A stretch of DNA of 64,000 nucleotides, from NCBI GenBank assembly GCA_965197525.1, contig OZ240211.1, positions 416,001 through 480,000 of the forward strand, written 5' to 3'. This document shows positions 1-9,492 of this stretch, piece by piece. The notes under the pieces were generated by a model. The model was given only the letters and a program-made list of their open reading frames with translations. It was not told the origin of the DNA and searched no databases. The stretch comes from Nitrosopumilus sp. GTDB taxonomy: Archaea; Thermoproteota; Nitrososphaeria; Nitrososphaerales; Nitrosopumilaceae. The number at the start of each line of letters is the position of its first letter. Within the stretch, counting starts at the first letter, position 1. Made by a program: the position numbers and the translations under genes.

Positions 1-1416
1 GAATGCGACATGGATATTGGAAATTATGAGAGATTTCTAAACCAGGATCTTACCAAACACCACAACATCACAACAGCGCAGGTATACTCTACAGTCATAA
101 ATGCAGAGAGAAGAGGTGAATATCTAGGGGCATGTGTTCAGATAATTCCTCATGTGACTGACGAGATTAAAAACAGGATAACAGGTATTGCCAAAGACGA
201 AGAGTTGGATTTTTTAATTGTAGAATGTGGCGGTACTGTAGGCGATATTGAGTCACTGCCATTCTTAGAAGCACTCAGGGAACTACGAATGGAGAAAGGA
301 GCACAAGGAGTCATCTTTGTCCATGTAACATTAGCGCCATCATTAGATGTTGTAGGAGAACAGAAAACAAAACCTACACAGCACAGTGTTCAGGAATTAA
401 GAAGAATAGGAATTCAACCCGACTTTCTAGCAGTAAGATGCAGTACCCCGCTAGAGGAGAAGACCAAGAAAAAGATTGCAATGTTTACAAACGTTACAAT
501 AAAAGACGTACTATCATGTCACGATTCAGAGTCAATATTCAAGGTGCCTCAAATACTATACAAGCAAGACGTCATGAAATCGATATGCGCAAAATTAGGG
601 AATGAAGAGACAACACTAAACCCAATAATTAATTTTGATGAATGGAACAAGATAACAGACGAGGCTGTAACAACAGATAGTATAAGTGACAAAATCAGGA
701 TTGCGATAGTTGGAAAGTATGTGACACTAGCTGATAGTTATGTCAGTGTAAATCATGCACTAAAACATGCGGCAGCAAAGATAAAACGAGCAATAGACAT
801 TGACTGGATAGACTCAGAGTTAATCACAGATTATGATGGCATATTATCAAAGTATGACGGAATTCTAGTTCCAGGCGGATTTGGTATTAGGGGTTCTGAG
901 GGGATTATTAAAACTGCAAAATATGCGCGTGAAAATAATGTACCATACCTTGGAATATGTTTCGGATTCCAACTAGCTGCAGTAGAGTTTGGAAGAAGCG
1001 TATTGAATTTAGAGGATGCAAACTCAACTGAGATAAAAAAGGATGCAAAAAACCCAGTTGTGGATTTACTACCAGAGCAAAAAGATGTTGAGGATATGGG
1101 AGGATCGCTCAGATTGGGTGCAAATGAGATTAGAATCAAAAAAGGCACAACCGCAGAAAAAATTTACAAAAATACAGTAATCAGCAAGCGTCACAGGCAC
1201 AGATATGAGATTAACTCAGAGTACATTGCAGAGTTTGAGAGAAATGGAATGATATTTTCAGCAGATAGTGACAATAGTCGACGGATGGAGATACTAGAGA
1301 TCCCGTCACAGAAATTTCACATAGGAGTGCAATTCCATCCAGAGTTTAACAGTAGACCAGGATTCCCTGAAGAGTCTTTTCTAGCGTTTGTTATAGCGTC
1401 TACTGAAAAACCATAA
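1..1416 (+). CDS. pyrG: CTP synthase, 5' end lies upstream of the window
   Basis: Contains [29 protein letters not shown], the GATase motif GICFGFQ, RHRHRYE and QFHPEF. The frame is open from the window start (ECDMD...), so the listed ATG at 10 is internal. Confidence 0.97.
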   Translation, partial: ECDMDIGNYERFLNQDLTKHHNITTAQVYSTVINAERRGEYLGACVQIIPHVTDEIKNRITGIAKDEELDFLIVECGGTVGDIESLPFLEALRELRMEKGAQGVIFVHVTLAPSLDVVGEQKTKPTQHSVQELRRIGIQPDFLAVRCSTPLEEKTKKKIAMFTNVTIKDVLSCHDSESIFKVPQILYKQDVMKSICAKLGNEETTLNPIINFDEWNKITDEAVTTDSISDKIRIAIVGKYVTLADSYVSVNHALKHAAAKIKRAIDIDWIDSELITDYDGILSKYDGILVPGGFGIRGSEGIIKTAKYARENNVPYLGICFGFQLAAVEFGRSVLNLEDANSTEIKKDAKNPVVDLLPEQKDVEDMGGSLRLGANEIRIKKGTTAEKIYKNTVISKRHRHRYEINSEYIAEFERNGMIFSADSDNSRRMEILEIPSQKFHIGVQFHPEFNSRPGFPEESFLAFVIASTEKP

Positions 1417-1522
1417 ATTCGAATAAAAAAATTCCCAGATGTAATGCCTAGATGAATAAATATTGAGAGGGAGAGAAAAAAGAGGAAATGCAACGATGCA
1501 AATGAAAATCACAGCAGACACA

Positions 1523-2536
1523 TTATTCAATTTTGGAAATTTCATAAATCTTTTGTCTTGCATCTCGAATTGAGATTTTTTTCTTGACATAACCCTTCTT
1601 CAAAAGATTGCTTAATCCAAGTCTGACAGTTCGGTCAGGAAGGAGTGTTTTGTTTACTAGATCTTTTTGCGTTAACGCACCCTCATACTCTAAAGTTTTT
1701 AACAACAGTTTAGAACTCGGAGGCATACTAAGCAAATCTTCTGCTAGGTGTACCTTTTTGGCAAGAGCAGATATAGCGGTAGAATCTTTTTTAAGTCGGA
1801 TAATTTTAGCAGATGGAAAGAATTGAGTGCATTCTACAGTGTTGTTTACCTTGTACCGGTCCAATCCGTCAAGAATGGCCTCGCAATGCACTCTAGCAAA
1901 TATATCATCAATCTCAATAGAGCTGTTATTTGAGACGATGATTGGTCTACGAGTAACATCAAGAGAGTTTACTGAAATTATTTCAAATACTGCTGAATCC
2001 TGGAATAAGACAGGTCCGCCTGCAGACATTGAATATGCAGAAGAACCTATAGGGGTAGACACTATAATACCGTCACTGTTATCATGCCATACTTCATCGC
2101 CGTTAACTCGCAGCGAATGTTCCATGAGTATTGCACTCTTCGATGAGAATATAGCAACATCATTGAGTACAGGATAAACACCCTTTCCGTCAATTTTAAC
2201 GCCCAGTCTTGGGACATGTTCAATGGAATAGTTCTGTTTTTTTAAGATGTTAACATAGGTAGAGAATTCACGTAACTCAATCTGTGCTAGAAATCCTCTT
2301 GATTCACCATCACCTATTCCCAATACTGGGGATGCAGAGTCAAATGTCCTATGAAAATAGTTTCTGACTCCCTTATCACCGCCTAGAACAATGATACAGT
2401 CTACTTGTTTGTTCTTTGATTTTGTAATTGAGAATGACTTGATCTTGTTCTCATCAAGTATTTTTTTAATCGATTTGGCAGCGGCATCAGTTGCCTCAGA
2501 ACTATAGATGCCCACTCTCATTTTATAGTCAGCCAT
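1523..2536 (-). CDS. NAD kinase-family protein with C-terminal winged-helix (MarR-like) domain
   Basis: GGDKG (variant of GGDG), LND, and DGIIVSTPIGSSAYSMSAGGP NADK motifs. C-terminal LTQKDL...LPDRTVRLGLSNLLKKGYV fits a wHTH. Confidence 0.85.
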   Translation of the reverse strand: MADYKMRVGIYSSEATDAAAKSIKKILDENKIKSFSITKSKNKQVDCIIVLGGDKGVRNYFHRTFDSASPVLGIGDGESRGFLAQIELREFSTYVNILKKQNYSIEHVPRLGVKIDGKGVYPVLNDVAIFSSKSAILMEHSLRVNGDEVWHDNSDGIIVSTPIGSSAYSMSAGGPVLFQDSAVFEIISVNSLDVTRRPIIVSNNSSIEIDDIFARVHCEAILDGLDRYKVNNTVECTQFFPSAKIIRLKKDSTAISALAKKVHLAEDLLSMPPSSKLLLKTLEYEGALTQKDLVNKTLLPDRTVRLGLSNLLKKGYVKKKISIRDARQKIYEISKIE

Positions 2537-2568
2537 TACTACTCTTATACAAAACAGTTGTTATATCT

Positions 2569-2805
2569 TGTTCTGTCAGGTTATCGAGAGCTAAAAAAAG
2601 GTGATACAATGAGCAGCGATTCTAAATGATAACAGATACAAGTATTATCTTTTTGTCTAATCATCGAGTAAAAATAAACTGGCAGACCGGCAATCCAAAT
2701 AGTAGATATAACAGTCAACAATACGAGATTTGACTCGTTAACTTGAGAGAAAAATGACATCAATTTTTGAGTTAATATATTAGATCTCTATAACCCGACA
2801 GAACC
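2569..2805. mobile_element. 237-bp non-autonomous mini-element with IS6-like TIRs, related to the tnpB elements
   Basis: TGTTCTGTCAGGTTATCGAGA (2569-2589) versus the reverse complement of 2785-2805, GGTTCTGTCGGGTTATAGAGA, match at 18/21. Segment 2763-2786 matches 37640-37663 at 23/24 on the opposite strand. No TSD. Confidence 0.65.
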
Positions 2806-2838
2806 TAGTTCTCAGATGAAAAACGTTCATTAATTCAT

Positions 2839-3735
2839 TTATCCCAAGGCGTCAAATATGGACTCGAAGGTAGAGTACGGTTGTGCTCCTGCCACACTCT
2901 CTTGTCCATTAGACGAGATGATTAGAAATGACGGAGTTGATGTTACATCGTTGGCATATGATGCAGCAGTGTTGGCATCCACTCGCTCTAGATATTTGTT
3001 AGAATCCAGGCATTCATTGAAGAGATTCGTATCAAGTCCGAGATCGGAGGCAAATGCCTTGAGATTCTCTATTGAAGCCCAACCGCTGTTAGGGCGGCCT
3101 GACTGGGATGTATAAAGTGTGTCGTGGTACTGCCAATACATGCCTTGATCCTCTGCACAGTATGATGCCTGAGCTGCATTCTCCGAATCAGTTCCAATAA
3201 ATGCAATATCTACAAATATCAAGTTAGCTTTTCCGGTTTGAATATAATTTTCAGATATTAATGGTTTGGTGTCAGTAAACCACGCCTTACATTTTGGGCA
3301 CTGATAGTCACCAAACTCTACTATTGTAATTCCAGCATCAGGGCTCCCTTGGACAGGGGATTCAGTATCGATGATTGTGTAACTTTGTGTGCCCTCTGTC
3401 ATCGTATCACTGTCTTGCATTGTGCCTTCTTTTAGCGCGGCATTCTCTTCTTTTAGCGCTGTATTCTCCTGTTGTAGACCATCTACTGTCTGCTCTAGAT
3501 CAGTGATTCTGCTTGACTGATTGGTTTGTATGATTCCTGCCTCGATCAGAAATTCGATGGCAGATAGTAGGTTTGCGTCACTTACCTGATCATCTGTCCA
3601 TAATGTAAACAAGTTCTTTATCCATGAAGGTATAGCATCACTTTGAGAATACGCCACTCCTGCGATGCTGCCAAACACCAAGAGTCCTGCAAGTCCAAAG
3701 AACAACAGATTCTTGGAGGCATTAGGCACGTGCAT
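2839..3735 (-). CDS. Secreted DsbA/thioredoxin-like protein with thaumarchaeal IPxWIK N-terminal domain
   Basis: Signal peptide, IPSWIKN motif, coiled coil, then EFGDYQCPKC (CxxC) and TPSF...GAQPY DsbA features. Confidence 0.88.
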   Translation of the reverse strand: MHVPNASKNLLFFGLAGLLVFGSIAGVAYSQSDAIPSWIKNLFTLWTDDQVSDANLLSAIEFLIEAGIIQTNQSSRITDLEQTVDGLQQENTALKEENAALKEGTMQDSDTMTEGTQSYTIIDTESPVQGSPDAGITIVEFGDYQCPKCKAWFTDTKPLISENYIQTGKANLIFVDIAFIGTDSENAAQASYCAEDQGMYWQYHDTLYTSQSGRPNSGWASIENLKAFASDLGLDTNLFNECLDSNKYLERVDANTAASYANDVTSTPSFLIISSNGQESVAGAQPYSTFESIFDALG

Positions 3736-3987
3736 GACAAAATTACAACAATCTTGTTATTATGTTTAGCTAACCGTCTGCTACAATAGATTCTGAGCTA
3801 ATTTAAGAGATATTTGCCAGTCTTCTAATAAGACATGTATGACTATGACGTGTTACAGACATAGAGTTTTGATATCATTGATAGATGGTCGGCATTCCTC
3901 ACATGTGCAACAAACATATCAAGGAACTACATATACACAACGAAGAATCATTCAACCAAATCCTGCTTTCATAACCAAATATTGGAA

Positions 3988-4860
3988 TTATAAATCGCGG
4001 AATTTTACGAGATTATAAAAATAAGAGGCATTGGTTTGTACTGTTCCCTTTTTAGGAATTTTTTGTAATCCTACGTTTTGGGATTCAAGTGCGGCCTGGG
4101 CTGCACCTCCTGCAAAACAGAGTGCCCACAAAAAATCACGCTCCTTGAGCATGGTACAACAAAATGTAGAAGAGAATATATCACCTATTCCAGTAGTATC
4201 ATAAATTTTTTTATTTGGAAGAGTGATAGAATACACTTTGTCTTTTACCAACAGGGAGACATCTGATTTATCGGTTAGTAGTACATATTTGGCACCCTTT
4301 TTTTGTAACGATAGCATGATTTCATCGTTATTTGTTCCAGATACAAGTTGTCGTGCCTCATCAGGATTTATTTTGATGGCATCAACTCCGGATAGATCCA
4401 GATCTGTATTTTGCAAAAAAATATTATTTTGTGCATCTTTCTGTCTTAGAAAACCTTGAGGATCAACGAACAAAAAATTTGAATCGTTTTTTATTCTTTG
4501 AAATACAGCCCAGGAGATCTCATGATATATGGGACTCACAAGATGACAATCCGAGTCACTGCCAGGATAAGATATGGGAGTGCATTGGTTTTCAAGCTTG
4601 AGTGTTCTATCAGGACCATTAACTGAGATTGCGAATCGGGTAGTCTTTTTGTCTGATTCAGAGTCAGGAAAATTGATCTTGTGTTCAGTCAGATATTGTT
4701 TTGGAAAATCAGGACCGAATTTTGTAAACAGGTCTACATCAAATTTGAACTCTCGCGCAGTAATCCCACAATAACATGCCGCACCACCTATCTGTTCATA
4801 TCTATTCCCAGCAACAGTTATCGTATCAATTGCACAGTGCGATAAAACGGCTATTCTCAT
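3988..4860 (-). CDS. PfkB/ribokinase-family carbohydrate kinase
   Basis: GGAACY near the N-terminus, DPQG, and the DTTGIGDIF PfkB signature. Confidence 0.88.
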   Translation of the reverse strand: MRIAVLSHCAIDTITVAGNRYEQIGGAACYCGITAREFKFDVDLFTKFGPDFPKQYLTEHKINFPDSESDKKTTRFAISVNGPDRTLKLENQCTPISYPGSDSDCHLVSPIYHEISWAVFQRIKNDSNFLFVDPQGFLRQKDAQNNIFLQNTDLDLSGVDAIKINPDEARQLVSGTNNDEIMLSLQKKGAKYVLLTDKSDVSLLVKDKVYSITLPNKKIYDTTGIGDIFSSTFCCTMLKERDFLWALCFAGGAAQAALESQNVGLQKIPKKGTVQTNASYFYNLVKFRDL

Positions 4861-5235
4861 TACTGACTTAATTTTGTATTTAGATTTTAGTTTTATGCAT
4901 GATGATAATTATGATCAGAGTTATCGCCAGAGAATAAGGCCACTGTCATGTATCATAATCAGGATTTGTCATTTATATCATTTAGATAGATGATCAGTAG
5001 TGTTACTAGAAGTACCACGACGTTTTCTAAAACAGGTATGACAGAGAATTTCCCCCTTGAGGAATTCAAGTTCAACACCAGATCTAAAACAGTGGTGACA
5101 GAGACCACGCATCATATATCACTACTTATAGCCATAACTAGAATTAAAAGATAGAGGTCAACGAGTTGTACGGGCTCAGATACGTGTTTTTACATCATCA
5201 TACAAGATTATAAGGAGGAAAAACTGTTTATGTTC

Positions 5236-5523
5236 ATGCCACTAAAACGTGCAAGCAGAGGCCGTACAAAAGGAGGAAAAGGCTCTTCAGGAGTTGTACA
5301 GTGTACAAACTGTGGACAGACGGTCCCAAAAGACAAGGCAAAAAAAGTGACATCCAAATTGAATTTAGTAGAGCATACACTAGCAAAAGAACTGCGAGCA
5401 CAGGGCGCATATATTGCATCACCCACAGTCTTGAAGCATTACTGTATCTCATGCGCAATTCATTTTAAAATTCTAAAGATCAGATCAGCTGATAGTAGAC
5501 GAAAACGCGGAAAACTGCGCTAA
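5236..5523 (+). CDS. rps26e: 30S ribosomal protein S26e
   Basis: MPLKRASRGR...VQCTNCGQTVPKDKAKK...YCISCAIHFKI. Second ATG (5236) chosen as start. Confidence 0.96.
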   Translation: MPLKRASRGRTKGGKGSSGVVQCTNCGQTVPKDKAKKVTSKLNLVEHTLAKELRAQGAYIASPTVLKHYCISCAIHFKILKIRSADSRRKRGKLR

Positions 5524-5527
5524 TCCT

Positions 5528-6115
5528 TTAATCTTTTATGTGTCTTGTAGTAAATATCATCCTTTGAATTAATGTAATTCCAGCAATTGTTATTACAATC
5601 ATAACAGCATAATCCATAAAGCCTATAATTCCAACTATGGCAATAACCAAGAGCCTCTCTGCTCTCTCACCAATTCCGATACCTTGTAATTTTATGTGTA
5701 TGATATCTGATTTTGCTCTAGCATAACTCACTAACAACGACAAAGTAATGGCAAGCAGTACAAGATAAGGTTCGGCATATCCGCCAATTAGAATTCCTAA
5801 AAATATTGCCACTTCTGCAATTTTATCAAACATAGAGTCAAGGTACGAGCCCTTGAGTGATGTCTTACCTGTAACCCTTGCAACTTGACCATCAACCATA
5901 TCAAAGAATCCAGATATTAATAACAGAACGCCTCCCAAGATTAATCCAAACTCTACTGCATCTATTACGGCATATATCACAGCAGAAGCCAAAGCAAATA
6001 TCAATCCTATACCAGTCCAGAAATTTGGAGACAGTCCAGTAGATGCAAACCCTTTGCCAATCTTTTCAAGTGCGGGTTTGAGAGTATTCCGTAGATTATT
6101 TAACACAGGATACAC
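5528..6115 (-). CDS. CDP-alcohol phosphatidyltransferase (archaetidylinositol phosphate synthase-like)
   Basis: DMVDGQVAR...GSYLDSMFDK signature and ERAERL. The true start may be the GTG at 6106. Confidence 0.92.
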   Translation of the reverse strand: MYPVLNNLRNTLKPALEKIGKGFASTGLSPNFWTGIGLIFALASAVIYAVIDAVEFGLILGGVLLLISGFFDMVDGQVARVTGKTSLKGSYLDSMFDKIAEVAIFLGILIGGYAEPYLVLLAITLSLLVSYARAKSDIIHIKLQGIGIGERAERLLVIAIVGIIGFMDYAVMIVITIAGITLIQRMIFTTRHIKD

Positions 6116-6125
6116 ACAACATCAC

Positions 6126-6222
6126 TTACTAATAAACGAAATTAGTAACTGGTCACATCCCACTTGATTCGTGCCTATGAACGGGTTGATGCGGACCGCA
6201 GTTAGGCTCAGATTAAGGGATG
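6126..6222. other. Two adjacent stem-loops upstream of the phosphatidyltransferase gene, candidate structured RNA or leader
   Basis: CATCC/GGATG, CTTGAT/ATTAAG and GCCTA/TAGGC stems across 6156-6222. TTACTAAT-N7-ATTAGTAA at 6126-6148. Confidence 0.4.
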
Positions 6223-6360
6223 GCGTACAGTTATCGAAATTATATAGATACAACAGGCATGCAAAAAAAATGCAGGTTAAAGGAATGATGATAGGATAAG
6301 TGTCCAAGTTGAGTACAAGATCAATATTCGGTGATCAAATGAAAGATCCTTGTCTATCTC

Positions 6361-6408
6361 TTCTTATTCTTATTCTTATTCTTATTCTTATTCTTATTCT
6401 TCTTATTC
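6361..6408. repeat. (TTCTTA)n microsatellite
   Basis: Six perfect TTCTTA units at 6361-6396 plus partial units. Confidence 0.9.
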
Positions 6409-6699
6409 AAGAAATTTGGATCATTGCTCTTTGGATTGTTTTTATCGTTGGATTTCTTTAGATAAATCATCATCTCGACTTTATTCAGATGTGTGTTTTT
6501 TTAGGATGTATAATCAATATGGGAGACATCATGGAACATTGCACATATATGCAACAGCTTCCAGTTTGGTATTTTTTATTCTTCTAAATATTTGCGCAAG
6601 CTTGACTAGAAGAATTTTTCAGTTACAAGTGTATTATGGTAATAGACACACAACAAGTTTTAGAATGTTTTATGAAACTAGTGTTATTAGAAAAAATGT

Positions 6700-7266
6700 T
6701 TATAATATATTTGGGTTAGAATGTCTTTTGGAATCAGTGTCGTTACTGCGATTGCTGCTTTTGTCTTTGCCCAGTATGATATTCCGTACCTTGACCATCT
6801 TTCGTGCAAGTATGAATCCACCACCTGACATACAGCTGCCAATTATGACGTGTAATATGTTGGAATCCTGTTGCGGTGCAAACAGTATGACGTATGTGAA
6901 CCCGCCTATCATGAGTAGTACACCAAAGGCTGCAAAGATTGCCATCATGATTGGAACACGTGGTGGAGCAGGTGGAAGTACGGGTTCGCCGTCAGGAGTA
7001 ATTGGTTTTTGGGCAAAATCAAGATCTTTGCATACATGACAGCAACGGTGTCGTTTTTTGTTACTCCATGTTGTAGTTAGAAAGTAGAATGATTGTTTGC
7101 AGGAATCACAGGTGCGTTTTGGTAGTGTGATCTTGCCATGATCATCAAAGTCTTGACCTATCTTGGTCATACAACTCTTGCAGTAGTAGCCTTGAACACG
7201 CCATTGTTTTTGAAAGTTGTATTTTTTCCACCCCAGTGTGATGTTGCAACCGGCACATGACGTCAT
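6700..7266 (-). CDS. Hypothetical membrane protein with Cys-rich (Zn-binding) N-terminus
   Basis: Four CxxC pairs then two hydrophobic helices. Start overlaps the urea transporter stop (ATGA). Confidence 0.7.
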   Translation of the reverse strand: MTSCAGCNITLGWKKYNFQKQWRVQGYYCKSCMTKIGQDFDDHGKITLPKRTCDSCKQSFYFLTTTWSNKKRHRCCHVCKDLDFAQKPITPDGEPVLPPAPPRVPIMMAIFAAFGVLLMIGGFTYVILFAPQQDSNILHVIIGSCMSGGGFILARKMVKVRNIILGKDKSSNRSNDTDSKRHSNPNIL

Positions 7267-9293
7267 TTCTTCTCTGTTCCCGTAGTTTCTGCCGTAGTGG
7301 ATGCCGAGTCGCTGCTATTTCCTCCATTCCCTCGAATTACTTGCGCAATGCCGTGTCGTGCCTCTATAACTGGCAGGAATATGATAAACCCTGCTGCCAC
7401 GCTAACCCAGACTACAGATATTGCGACCCAGGCACCGTAACTGAATTGATCAAATACGTAACTTGATGCAATCAAAGGCATTGGCCATGCTATGATTAGT
7501 ACAAGTGTCATAAGACCGCCGCCTTTGAGACTGAACTTGAATGCGCGTTTGAGAGTCTCTTCGTTCTCTGTTACCTGAGCTGATGCTGCAGCGCTGAGCT
7601 CTACTAGTGTGATCTTCTCTCTGAGATCCTTCCAGTCAAACGTGGTCTTGGATGCAAGGCTGCCAAATATTGCAACTGCTCCGCCAGTCAGAATGCCTGC
7701 AACGTTGCCAAACAGCATGGAAAAGTTGTGGCCAAGACTTGCCAGGGTTACCTCCCCTCCGTACTCTGGCAGTGATGCTGCAACTGATACCCAAGTGGTC
7801 ACAGCTACTACCAGGCCGATTATTGCACCTGCAGTTGCTGCAACGCGGTTTGTTCTCTTCCATAGTATGGTCAAGGCAATTGGGATGACAGCTGAGCCAA
7901 TTAAGATACCCATAGCAAGATAGACGAATCCCAGGCTTAGACCCAGACCGAGTAGCAGTACTGCAAGACCTCCCATGCCTATGCCGAATCCCACGATAGT
8001 TGCACGCGAGACTTTTACTAGCTGTTTGCCTGATGCGTCGGGGTTTTTGTACGTCCGGTAGATATCATACGTAATTAACGAGGATACTGCGATTAGTTCA
8101 GCAGAGCCTGCTGATGTTACTGCCATGAATAGCATGGTCAGAACCATGATGGCGCCTACCTCTCCCATAAGGGCAGTAGCTGCTGCAGGGACTACTAGAC
8201 CAAGCTGAACCTGTTCTGGGGTAAGGTCCACATCAAGCGCTATCGCAGTCAGTCCCATGGTAGTTGCAAGAGTGAACGGAATTGCAAACCAGCATGCCCC
8301 TCCTAGCAGAAATCCCTTTACTGTGGAGGAGGGTTTTGCAGCTATGGCCCGCTGCCAGTACGCCTGATCTACAAATACTGTACCAAAGTTACCTACAATG
8401 TTGATTATACCAAACATCAGACCTCCGATGGATGCCATGGTGAGGAACGCACCTGCGGCATTGCCCTCAACCGGTCTCAGGTCTGCTGCAGCTACGAGCT
8501 TTTCATACATTCCCTCTATGCCGCCTGTAATGTCGGTACTGAGGTATACTGCAGCTACAAACGTTAGAATTACTACAAATATGACTATGGTATGCATGTA
8601 ATCGGCTACAAACGTTGCTTTTAGACCGCCTACCAACGTGTATATCATGACGCCTATGGGTATCAGGAATGCTGCCATGGAGATGTCCATGCCGGTCAGA
8701 CCGTTTACTACAGCTGAGCCTCCTAGCAGTAACATGGCAGTCACTATCATGTTAGTCATCAGTGCAAATACCAAGAATACCTTGTGCGAGCCGTTACCGA
8801 ACCTTGCACGAATAATCTCAAGAAAAGTGTGCGCGTTTGGCGCCTTTCGTTTTAATTCTATAGCTAAAATACCAAATAACAAGACCTGAATTGATGCGCC
8901 TGCGGCATACCAGAATGGACCACTGATACCGTACTGGTATGCTACTGTCGAGGATTGTAACAGAGTAGCAGCCCAAGTCCATGCAGACACTATGGCTGCA
9001 GCAGTCAGACCGGTCTTGATGGTTCTACCTGCTGTGTTGAACATCTCAGATGTTTGATGGACTCCAAGATATCGTTCCTCAATCTTTACTTCTACTGAGA
9101 TGATTACTGCAAATACCGCACCTAGTCCGACAACTATTGCCCAACCAATCCATTCTGGAAGTGCCTCTCCTATTGCAAAACCTTCAGAGATTTCACCTGC
9201 AGCATATGCAGACTGTGGAAGAACTCCAGCTGTAGCGATTGATGTAACAAAGATAACAAACAGTGCAACAGGAACGGTTTTTCTTATCGCCAC
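7263..9293 (-). CDS. dur3: Urea active transporter (DUR3, sodium:solute symporter family)
   Basis: SEMFNTAGR, SAWTWAATLLQSS, GISGPFWYAAGA and NFGTVFVDQAYWQRAIAA. Adjacent to urease. Confidence 0.95.
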   Translation of the reverse strand: MAIRKTVPVALFVIFVTSIATAGVLPQSAYAAGEISEGFAIGEALPEWIGWAIVVGLGAVFAVIISVEVKIEERYLGVHQTSEMFNTAGRTIKTGLTAAAIVSAWTWAATLLQSSTVAYQYGISGPFWYAAGASIQVLLFGILAIELKRKAPNAHTFLEIIRARFGNGSHKVFLVFALMTNMIVTAMLLLGGSAVVNGLTGMDISMAAFLIPIGVMIYTLVGGLKATFVADYMHTIVIFVVILTFVAAVYLSTDITGGIEGMYEKLVAAADLRPVEGNAAGAFLTMASIGGLMFGIINIVGNFGTVFVDQAYWQRAIAAKPSSTVKGFLLGGACWFAIPFTLATTMGLTAIALDVDLTPEQVQLGLVVPAAATALMGEVGAIMVLTMLFMAVTSAGSAELIAVSSLITYDIYRTYKNPDASGKQLVKVSRATIVGFGIGMGGLAVLLLGLGLSLGFVYLAMGILIGSAVIPIALTILWKRTNRVAATAGAIIGLVVAVTTWVSVAASLPEYGGEVTLASLGHNFSMLFGNVAGILTGGAVAIFGSLASKTTFDWKDLREKITLVELSAAASAQVTENEETLKRAFKFSLKGGGLMTLVLIIAWPMPLIASSYVFDQFSYGAWVAISVVWVSVAAGFIIFLPVIEARHGIAQVIRGNGGNSSDSASTTAETTGTEKK

Positions 9294-9464
9294 AATGATT
9301 AACTGTCAGAAAATTACTTAGCATTTGACGAGTTATGTCTAGTTATATGTGATGTGTCAGACTCTTGATGTTTGATGAACAAGCATAATGTAAGATTTCA
9401 AGTACAATGAATAAAACAGATCAGAGAACATACAGAATGTAAGATTAACCAAATATAGGCATTT

Positions 9465-9480
9465 TAGCCGATGTCGGCTA
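9465..9480. promoter_or_regulatory. Perfect palindrome between ureC and dur3 (operator or RNA hairpin)
   Basis: TAGCCGA-TG-TCGGCTA. Confidence 0.35.
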
Positions 9481-9492
9481 GAAGACTAGCTA

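Noticed and set aside
6150-6226. tRNA on the minus strand (ends ...GACCA)
   Set aside because: No canonical T-loop (TTCGA), D-arm or matching 7-bp acceptor stem.
6350-7039. 229-aa plus-strand ORF beginning with SYSYSY
   Set aside because: It is held open by the microsatellite and overlaps a better minus-strand gene, and has no recognisable domain.
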